A DNA stretch of 64,000 bases from the human T2T-CHM13v2.0 reference genome, Homo sapiens: assembly GCF_009914755.1 (NCBI RefSeq), contig NC_060931.1. One strand, given 5' to 3'. Below the pieces are notes generated by a model that made no database searches, had not been told where the DNA came from, and was given only the letters and a program-made list of their open reading frames with translations. Shown one piece after another: positions 53,881 through 64,000 of the stretch. Numbering within the stretch: position 1 is the stretch's first letter; each line of letters starts with the position of its first letter. The translations under genes were made by a program, and so were the position numbers.

Positions 53881-53980
53881 TATACATTATTATATGTATA
53901 ATATGTATACATTATTATATGTATAATATGTATACATTATTATATGTATAATATGTATACATTATTACATATGTATAATT
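53881..53980 (+). repeat. AT-rich minisatellite, 25-bp unit TATACATTATTATATGTATAATATG, about 4 copies
   Basis: Exact tandem copies at 53881, 53906 and 53931; partial copy at 53956. Confidence 0.9.
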
Positions 53981-54025
53981 ATTATATACAAACTTGAAGC
54001 ACAGTGCCACCAAGGGACCACATAA

Positions 54026-54317
<292 letters not shown>

Positions 54318-55905
54318 AACCACACAATTTTATAAGTACATATTCTGGGATGCATTCAGACTTTCAGAACCTCCAGAGTAGGCATGAAGTGCCTTCTTTC
54401 TTTTAAGACTACATGAGTTTTTAACAATTATATTCCACAGAGATAAAATTTCTGCATAGGTGACCCAGGAAAGTGAACTTGTAGCAAGACTCTCAGGGCA
54501 TATGATTCTGTTGACCCCTGACTAGTGAGAATGATTCCATTAATCATTTTCCATTAACAATTCCGAGATTCTTCCAAGGTGCTTCCTAATGAGAGCCAGA
54601 GGCAAAAGCAGTGGATGAAACTGAGGGTCAGAAATGCTTTGCACGATTAGAAAAAAACTGTCTTATAGGGCACAGGGAAAGGCAACATGATTTACTAAGA
54701 GATTATTCTCAAGAATGGTGCTTACGCGATTTCCCTGCTAAAACTTTGTTTTTTGTACTTTTTTAGCTTTGGAGGTGAAAGTAATACTTCACTGAAAAAT
54801 AATTTAAAAATAATTGTGTGTTTATGTGCTTAATTTCATATCCTTCTGTCCCCCATTCACCTGGCCTACCAGACAGAAGGCAATGCAATATTGGATCCCA
54901 GTAGGCACTGTGGGTCAGGCCTATTATGTCTTCCAGGAGAAATCCTTAGCTAGGAGAACGTCTATCTTTGCCACCCCATACAACTGACATAACCATTCTG
55001 TTTCTGTGTCTTGTTTTTCTCATCCATAAAATGGAAGCAATACTGCCCATGGTGTCCTTTAACCTGAACTGAGTGTTCTATTTTCAGCTGGAGGTAAAAC
55101 AAGAATTGATAAAATGAAAATAACTCCCAATAACCTTCTTAATCCTTTAAAATTGCTCCAGTTGAAAAGGCAACCCATCACTGAAAACCAAAATATTTAT
55201 CATGTTTCCCTTGGTGAGATACCGGTTTCCACTTCACCAGAATCTGACTTTCAGCCTCTCACTTGATCTTACCAGGCTCTGACATTTCCTGTTCGAAGTC
55301 AGAAGAAGCTAAGATGGTACCTTGAACCAGCAATCTTGTTTTGGGTTGTTTTATATTTTGTTAGTATATTAAGAAGGGAATAATCTAGGAAATAGGATTT
55401 TTAGTCGGTCGTTCACCTTCGGACGACGCAACTTTGCCAAAAAAGAGAACATCTAACTTGAGGTTATACCTGCCAATGCTGTCTATCACACAGAAAGGCA
55501 ACCAGTTAAAACAAAGCTTAATGATAACTGTGACTGTTCTTCACTGTTTTCCTTCTGTAAAATAGTAATAATATTTTTCTTCTTCTTCTGTAACTTGGAG
55601 ATGTGAAAATACAAAGTAAAGCTTATAACAAATTGTGAATGTTCAATAGAGGAATAAACAAATAAAATATAGAACTTATATGGTAAAGAAGTATAGAGTA
55701 ATTAAGAGACTTGACCTAGGCCTATATGCCTTAACATGTATAGATCTTAAAATCATGTTGCGTGAAAAAAAAACTTGCTGAGCAATGCATACAGTAGACC
55801 ATTGATGTCAAATTAAAGCCTTCGCAAGGGAGGAGTATGGAAAGATTGTGGTGGAGGCAGCAGAATTTTGAAATCTCTTTGAATCTCTACAAAAGAAAAA
55901 GGAGT

Positions 55906-56224
<319 letters not shown>

Positions 56225-58196
56225 TTACCACAAAGCTAGGTATATCCATGAACCCCAATGTGCAATTAGGTGAGAATAAACCACTTCGCAACTGCAAGAC
56301 CTATGGGCCATCAACTTCTGTGAGGGAGGAAGTAGAGGGAAGCAATGGATGACAGATAAAACTGAGAACAGGAGAATCCCCAGATAGCTGACAGGTGTTG
56401 AGCAGAAAGCATGGCAGGCCAATTAGAGAACAGCCACTGGACGGGGAGGGGTTTTGCCCAATCAATAGCTGGTGAATGCAAAGAGTTCAAGACTAGAAGG
56501 AATTAGTGGCTAGAGTCATGTGGCACCCACAAGGGACCCACTGGAGCTCCCTTCCAGGGCAAGGCCCACACTGAGGAGTAACTTTTGGGGATAGAGAAAG
56601 TCCAGATGAAAGTAAATAGGGAAACAGAAAAATCTCAGAAAGCAAGCTGCCACAATTTTTTTTTAACACTACCCCAAAACAACAGAAGAAGGAGCTCTGT
56701 GCATTTAGAAAAACTACCCCGAACCGCCTCTCTTTCTAAGAGTTTTTGAAAACTAATTTCACATAAAAATGAGCAACAGAAATGTATCTAGGTCAACTCC
56801 CATACAAAGTTATTATAAGAAGAAAAAGATTAAGGAACAGAATAACATCCCTACAGATAGTAAAAGCATGCCAGAAAGTCATGCCAAAAAAGGATTAAAA
56901 CATAAGATATTATTTCTAAACATATTATTTTAAAATGAGCTAAGAGGCATTAATAAAATGATATAAGACATGAAAAAATAGCAAGAATAAGAATTAGAAA
57001 AACTCAGATATGGAATAAAAGAACTCAGGAAAAAATAAAACATGAAATAAAGAATAAAGAAGTGAAGTCTAAACTAGAATGAATACAAGAACAAGTGAAA
57101 ACAGTAGATGAGGTCTTAAGTGAAATAGAAGGTAGAGAGGAGGAAAAATTTTAAGATAAAAATAAATAAAGAGATTAAAATAAATTCAAGAGATAGGCAA
57201 AATAGCAAAGACAGGCAAAGAAGATTCAAAATGTGGATAATAGAAATCCCAGAAGAAAAAAACAAAATCAAGGAAACCGAACAAACACTAAAACATTCCT
57301 AAAATTAGAAAATATATATTTGAAATCACACTGAGAGAGCACACTGCATGCCTGAGAACATCAATACACAACAGCTGGCACCAAATTATCTTCTAGTTAG
57401 ATGACTAAGTTTTATAGAAAAGAAATCTTCTGAACTTCAAAGTATAAACAGCAAATAACTTGTAAGGACAAGGTAAATTAGATTATCAATAGGCTTTTGA
57501 ATACTATATTTAAGATGCTCAGGGAAAGACATCATGTGCCAAGGAGTTTTATATACAGAAAAGCATTGACTTTCAAGTATAAAGGGCGCAGACAGCCTGT
57601 TATCAACATGCAAGAATTCAAGGAATATTTGTAGCTATGAGCCCTTCTGGAGGAATGAACTTTAGACAACAATTCAACTAGAGAGAGAATTCATAGAAGG
57701 GCTGGTGGTGAACATTAATCATACAGTTGCTGATGCAGCTAAGACTAAATGAGGGTGAAAAGGGAATAGGTGTTATATGTAGTGGCTATATGCTCAGATA
57801 AGGTAGGACAATGATTCAAAAGGGTGGAGAAATGGGAAAGGCATATGCAAAAAAACAATTTTAACTGCTCATAAGAATTAGAAAATATATTAATGATGGT
57901 ATCATTAGAATTGATATTCTGAGACTGTTTTATGTGCAAGGAAGGATAGGTAAATGAGTAATGATTGGAGATTTTAATTCTATCAATCCCTTTGTGCTTG
58001 ACAATTGGGAGTTTGTGTGGAAAGGAGATACAGATATAATACAGAAGACATTAAGAAAAAAATATTGTGGTTCTGAACTTGAATTTGAAGTGTCAGTATG
58101 AACTCAGATATTTTATCTTAAAGCTGACATGTGTAAATGTATATACATGTTTCCTATTTCTGTCCACTGAAAAGGCCTAGAAAGAATGGGCAACTC

Positions 58197-58365
58197 AAAT
58201 TAGCCGGGTGCGGTGGTGGGCTCCAGTAATCCCAGCTACTCAGGAGGCTGAGGCAGGAGAATCACTTGAACAAGGGTGGGAGAGGTTGCAGTGAGCCAAG
58301 ATGGAGCCACTGCACTCCAGCCTGAGCAACAGAGCAAGACTCTGTCTCAAAAAGAAAAAAAAAAA
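58197..58365 (+). mobile_element. Alu right monomer (5'-truncated Alu)
   Basis: TSD-like aagaatgggcaactca / aagagtggccaactca. Confidence 0.88.
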
Positions 58366-58987
58366 GAGTGGCCAACTCAGTAACAATGAACATTCCTAAG
58401 CATCTGGTTTGTGGTGTTGAAACATTATTTCTCACTAAAAGAAACCAGGGCTTTTAAGAGAAATGACTGATTTCAAGCCTCAGGCTTGATATGTACCAGA
58501 TAGGGCTGGAACACTTTGTCATACCAGTTAGTGAGGAAACTATCGAAGGTTACTGAGGCTCATGTGCAAAGGACTTGAGTCAGCTTGAAGGAGGTGCCAC
58601 TGGTCAAAGCTCGATGGGATCATCTGAGCTTCAAAAGGATAATAATTGCACTTGACTGAAACCCATCAGGTGTGTTTAAGTTCATAAGTTTATCATGATA
58701 TTTTAAGGAAAAACTAACTGCTTGCTGTGAGATGATAACAGAAAACCAATGCACTACCTTGAAAACTGATACAAGAAAAGAATCAAGCATTTATCCTGCC
58801 TTTCCTAGATGCCTTTCCACTAAGTACTGTGGGAAAAATGTTTCTAAAATATGATGTGAGAAGTGTCCATTATATGTCAATTAATAAATAAGAAATAATA
58901 GATAAGAATATCACAGTTTTAAAACCCAAATAAATTAATAGATCTCATCATTGAACATCGACAGCTGCGACCATCACCAAAAGAAAG

Positions 58988-59320
58988 TCCTGGCACAGTG
59001 GCTCACAACACACCTGTCATCTCAGCGCTTTGGGAGGCCAAGATGGACAGATTACTTGAGGCTAGGAGTTAGAGACCAGCCTTGGCAACACAGAGAGACC
59101 CTGTCTCAGCAAAAAAATTTAAAATTAGCTGGTGCTGGTGTGATGCTGTGAGCCTGTAGTCTTAGATCCTTGGGAGGCTGAAGCAGGAGGATCTCATGAG
59201 CCCGGGAGGTCAAGGCTGCAGTGAGCAGTTCACCCTGGGCGACAGACTGAGACCTTGTCTCAAAAAAAAAAAAAAAAAAAAAAAAAAAAGAAGAAGAAGA
59301 AGAAGAGAGAAAAGAAAACA
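58988..59320 (+). mobile_element. AluJ with long A/(GAA) tail
   Basis: AluJ-type diagnostics (gaggtcaaggctgcagtgagc). Confidence 0.88.
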
Positions 59321-61038
59321 TGAAAGATAAAAGCACCTATGGCGGCCTCCTGATGAAGGAAAACAATATCATTTATAGGCTTGTCAAAGAAATCAGATTG
59401 GAATAGGATCAAACCTCTGATCAAGCTGCCAATTTTCAGGAAATACAGAGCACAGAGAAACATACTCAATTATACTAAAGGAATGCAATCAACACCATCC
59501 AGACTGTGGGAAACTCTACAGGTCAAATTCCACAACTAAGTGATAAGAAAAAGGAAGGGGTGGAAAGGAAACTTATAGATTAAAATAGACTCAAAAGACA
59601 CATCAAACATTTAAATACCGGGCAAGGTTACGATATCTAGGGATGCTCACTGAGTGATAAAGCTATAAATAAAATAATTTTACCATAAAAATCAGCACAT
59701 TGAGCTTTTTGCAGGGGGAGGATGGGATGGAGCATGTGGATGGGACTTCAGGGGAGGCCACTGATCTGTTCTTTCTTGACCCAGGCTATGTTTCCTAGGG
59801 CATTCATCTTTCAGTAACGGATGAAGCTATACATTTGCTTTGCGTGGTTTTCTACAGTTGTCTTGTTTTTACAAAGAAAAACCAAAAACATTACTGGCAA
59901 AACAATATTACACATTATTCATGAATCCATACAAGTGAATGTGTAAATATAAAATCTGATGAGAATGATACCCATTAAGTTCATGTGAAGGGTTCCTTCT
60001 AGGGAGGTGGGGCAGGGGAGAATGGAACTGGAAGAAGGGAAAGCTGAAGTTTAGCTGCCATGTTTTAACTTCACAAAAGAAAGATGTAATTATGATGTGA
60101 ATATTTTAAAATCTTAATGGTCCATTTGGGACATTCTAAACACTTGTGTTTGTGTATTATCCTCTCCCAGTCTTTGTTTTTGAATTCTAAACATTTTAGC
60201 CTGTGAATGCATATTATGACTAAACGGAACAACTTCTCTGAAAAGACTTTGATGCTATTGGCACAGCATACTGTGTCAATCAAAGATACAATTGCCATTA
60301 TTCCAACTACCTTACTTAACAGAAAAAATAATGTAGGCACCCTAGATGAATTAGTTCCCATTAAGTGAATAAAAATTTGACTGTCAAAGAAGTTTATTCA
60401 TTACGACTGTTCAAGTAACAGTATTCTATAATGGAAATATGATTAATATTTTATTTCTACTAATATTGAAAAAGAAATATGCAACTTGCTTGAACCACCA
60501 ATCAGTTTCTACCTTTGGTGGATGTATAAGGTATTTTATTGAGATCTAGTTTAAATTAATGAAATGTTCTAGATTATTTTCCCATTTGAAATTTTGAGAT
60601 CAGTTGTCCTCTCAACCCAAAGTTCTGTGTTGGTAGGGCTAGGTGTACATCTTGGTATGTGAATGTTGGTCAAGTTAACACAAAATTATTGGAAGTTATT
60701 CATTATTTTGACTTCTTAGTACTTAAGGCAATGATCAGTAAGTAGGCAAATTATTGTTAATGTAACACATCAAACAACAATTGGCCATTCAACATTTTAT
60801 TCCCTAAGGGTCCACAGCAATTTCATTGTGCCATGATGGAAAATGAATGTCAGGGAGAAGTTGCCCAGAGCATTTTTTTTGGTTTTAATTTCTATAAGCC
60901 CCACAAGAATATCAACCCACAGAAATAGCATAATCAGATTCTTCTCTGTAAGTGTGGGCAGGAAGTAAAGGCAGTCATCATGACTCATGAGTGAGAGGAC
61001 AAGCAGACCCTCAGCAGTATGACTCGTCCCATATTTAC

Positions 61039-61134
61039 CAGGCAGGTAGCTGCACAGTCTCTCCATCGAGGCCTGGACCGTCGAGTTGTGAACTTGAGCA
61101 AGCTGTTCTATTACAGACACCACCAGCACACACC
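61039..61134 (-). CDS. AOAH: AOAH exon 2 (96 nt): GCVLVVSVIEQLAQVHNSTVQASMERLCSYLP, saposin-B domain with NST sequon
   Basis: Acceptor ttcttctcctccctggcag, donor gtaaat; phase 1-1; the peptide is visible inside ORF 60797..61309. Confidence 0.97.
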
Positions 61135-61211
61135 CTGCCAGGGAGGAGAAGAACATGTAATCTGTGTCACACAGAAAACTGAACTGGAGGGACAGGAGAA
61201 AGAAAGGATGC

Positions 61212-61233
61212 GTGTGTGTGTGTGTGTGTGTGT
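61212..61233 (-). repeat. (CA)11 microsatellite 77 nt upstream of the exon 2 acceptor
   Basis: (GT)11 on the plus strand. Confidence 0.92.
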
Positions 61234-61469
61234 CCTTAAGAAGGCCAACCTTTCCAAAACAGAGAAAGTGATGATGTTTAAATGAGATAGTGCAAGGAAA
61301 ACAGCCCACATGGAGCAGAAGCTCAATAGATATTAGCTTCTCTCCTCCCCCACTTTCTCTCCTTTCTGCAGTAGATGGCTGCAGAATAGGATTGTTCCCA
61401 TCCTACACATTCGCTTGGTAGAAGGAGAATCCAGGATAAAATTTTTAATTTTGGAAAAGCGGTGGAAAT

Positions 61470-61660
61470 TGCCTGGCATTTGAAGTCGAAAGATCTAGGA
61501 TTAACTCCTGACTTAGTAATCTTGAACTCACCATGTGGCCTTTCTGAACCTGGTTTCCTCCTTGAGAAGCAGGTAATATGTTTCCCATAGGGCTGCTGTG
61601 ATGGTTAAATGAGATAAAAGTGAGACTGAGTGTGTCTTTGAAATCATAACACACTGTAAA
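61470..61660 (+). mobile_element. MIR
   Basis: ttctgaacctggtttcctc...gtgatggttaaatgagataa. Confidence 0.6.
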
Positions 61661-63126
61661 ATATTATTTTGCCTCACAGCTATAAAGCATACTACTTGAA
61701 AGCATGCAGGAACATGATAAGTGTCTAGGTGGACACTTGTATTAAGTTAGGAATATATTCCTTCTGTTACTTTGATATGTGGTAAGTGTGAATGCCTAGA
61801 GCTCCTAGGCTGACATTCCTAGAAGATTCTATCGCTTGCCTTAACTCACTGAGCAGCAGGGGAAAACCAAACCTTTTTTTTTTTTTTCCAAAGAAAAGGG
61901 ACTCTTTTTTTCGTATAAACAAGTGGTTGGTCAAAGATCAGTAAGTATGTGAGAAGAAATTTTTAGATCTCATTGCAGTAAGAAGAGTGGACACTTGCTG
62001 GCAGAGGTTCATTTCTAAGGAGGCAAAGGAAGGTTTATGTCCTACAAAATGTTCCAAGGAGCCTGGGCCAGCAGTAGGCTCTTGATTGTCCATCAATGCA
62101 AGGAGCTAGAGACCCACATTTACATACGTGGTGTCATTTAAACCAAATTCCCAGCAGGATTCCTTGAGGGAAGGTGGCTGATAACGGATATGAACAATAA
62201 AATTGGACATTCCTATACATAAAGATGTAAAATCTTCTATAAAATGAGAGATTGCCAGTGAAGAAACGAGAGTCTTCTACTTTCTAGATGCTGCAATATC
62301 TGATGGTGTTTTGGCCTCGATGTTCTGTCCCCTCTCTCTGGACAAAGAGAAAGGTTCACCACATCTCTGACAGTGAAATCTGGATTACCACGGTCTTCCT
62401 GGGCTCTGAGAGTACCTACTTAAGGATGCATTGATCACCATTAATTATCAAGGTTGATTGGCTGTGTTTCTAACCTAATGCATGGCACTCGAGGATTTCA
62501 TTACATTGCAATTAATTTAGTAGCTGACGCTTATCAGCACTTTATGGTCTTGCATTTTCATATATATTTGTTTTATTTAAAAAATAACTTTTCAAAAAAT
62601 ATAAACACAATGCAACCTTATTTTTTAAATTTTACAAAATACAGAACAGTATAAGAAAAGATAATAAACATCACTCAACCCACCCAGACAGAGATAACCA
62701 ATTTCACTTTTATTATGAATATATCCAATACATTTAATACAAGTAAATATTTTTGGCATTAATAATGTACTTTTACACCCTAGTTTATGTCTCTGATAAT
62801 AAATAAATTATTAGAGAGCTAAATAAATTTTAATAACTACAACTAAAAAATAATGATAAGTAATTATATTGCTATGTGATAAGAGGGTGCAGTATGGTGT
62901 AGTTGAAGAGAGAGAGGCTTTGACATAAACTTGAGTTCAAGTACTGGACCAGCCACTTACAAATGGTGTGACTTTGAACAAGGTACCTACCTTTCTGAAA
63001 ATTTATTTCTAAGAGTTTAGAGTTAGACCATATGTTCCTTAAGGGCAGGAATGGGGTCTTACCATCTCTAACTCTGAATTCCTGGCACAGTGCCTGGGTT
63101 GGAGAATAAAGGCAAGAGACTTTGAG

Positions 63127-63372
63127 TATATATATATACACACACACACACATATATTTATGTGTATATATACATATATATATGTGTATATGTATATGTG
63201 TATCTATACACATGTATATGGGTATACTTGTGTGTATATACACATGTATATGTGTATGTACATATAGATGTATATATACATACACACACATATGTATGTG
63301 TATATAGATATATATGAGATGAGGTCTTGCTATGTTGGCCAGGTTGGTCTCGAACTCCTGGCCTCAAGTGAA
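63127..63372 (-). repeat. (TA)/(CA)/(TG) low-complexity expansion grown from the tail of an Alu fragment
   Basis: tatatacacac/tatgtgtata tract followed by gagatgaggtcttgctatgttggccagg... Confidence 0.8.
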
Positions 63373-63639
63373 GAGCCACATAAGTTGCACTGCAGTGGTT
63401 GGTTGCTGGGGGCTCCCTAGCAAAGGGCTAATGGATGCACCTTTAGTTGCTTCCCAGCTCAGTCATCTCACCCAAGTTGCTTCCTCTCTGTTCCAGTCTC
63501 CACTTGTGGACATGGCTCCACTCCTCATTCTGGCATGAAACAACCAGTGTCCTCTCTAGAGCCAAACAGCAGCTTCTATAGCAAGTGGTCATGATGTGCT
63601 GCTGCTCACAATCAAGGAAGAATATGGTGGAGACTGGGT

Positions 63640-63870
63640 TGTATGTTAGTCTGTTCATGCAGCTATAACAAAATACCTGAGACTGTGTAATTTCTAATAA
63701 TAGAAATTCATTTATCATAGTTTTGGAGGCTGGGAAATTTAAAATCAAGGCGCCAGCTGATTTGGTGTCTGGTGAGGGCTTGCTCTCTCCTTCATAGATG
63801 GCACCTTCTGCTGCATCCTCAAGTGGCTGAAGGGGTAGAAGTGCTGGAGCATTGTGTCCTCCCACGGCTT
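63640..63870 (-). mobile_element. MaLR (MLT1A/MST-like) fragment
   Basis: gttagtctgttcatgcagctataacaaaatacctgagact...ttttggaggctgggaa. Confidence 0.7.
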
Positions 63871-64000
63871 TGATGGGCCCCTGGTGAATAGAATATGATC
63901 TTTGTTCACAGGAAGCTCACAATGAACTTCCAAAAATCACATGAACTGGATGGTAAATACCAGTCAAAAGCTAGGGAAGATATGATTTTGGAGAGACCAT

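Noticed and set aside
60797-61309. 170-aa ORF as a standalone gene
   Set aside because: Only 61134-61039 is coding (AOAH exon 2, bounded by AG/GT); the rest is intron, including a CA repeat translated as THTHTH.
62872-63379. Low-complexity Y/I/H/C-rich ORFs
   Set aside because: Translations of a (TA)/(TG)/(CA) microsatellite and an Alu fragment.

Overview
Primate (almost certainly human) genomic DNA lying entirely inside the minus-strand gene AOAH (acyloxyacyl hydrolase, the LPS-deacylating enzyme). Five short coding exons with canonical AG/GT boundaries splice in frame: exon 2 at 61134-61039, exon 3 at 48353-48287, exon 4 at 33617-33518, exon 5 at 12282-12223 and exon 6 at 6478-6408. They give GCVLVVSVIEQLAQVHNSTVQASMERLCSYLPEKLFLKTTCYLVIDKFGSDIIKLLSADMNADVVCHTLEFCKQNTGQPLCHLYPLPKETWKFTLQKARQIVKKSPILKYSRSGSDICSLPVLAKICQKIK, which is most of the saposin-B small subunit and the start of the large subunit. 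The rest is intron rich in Alu, L1, L2, MIR, MaLR, DNA transposons and solo ERV LTRs (LTR2/HERV-E, LTR17/HERV-W, LTR7C/HERV-H-like and an ERVL-like LTR). Nearly all ORFs in the supplied track are spurious or repeat-derived. I see no new multi-gene system. The most unusual structures are a TSD-bounded composite retroposon (Alu + LTR8-like poly(A) segment, split by a solo LTR7C), a 140-bp twin-primed L1 carrying a 13-nt 3' transduction, a MADE1/miR-548-type hairpin, a (GT)14(GC)10 Z-DNA tract, and features that could generate saposin-less or saposin-only AOAH isoforms. Repeat subfamily names and exon/residue numbering come from recalled consensus and reference sequences and need RepeatMasker/BLAST confirmation.
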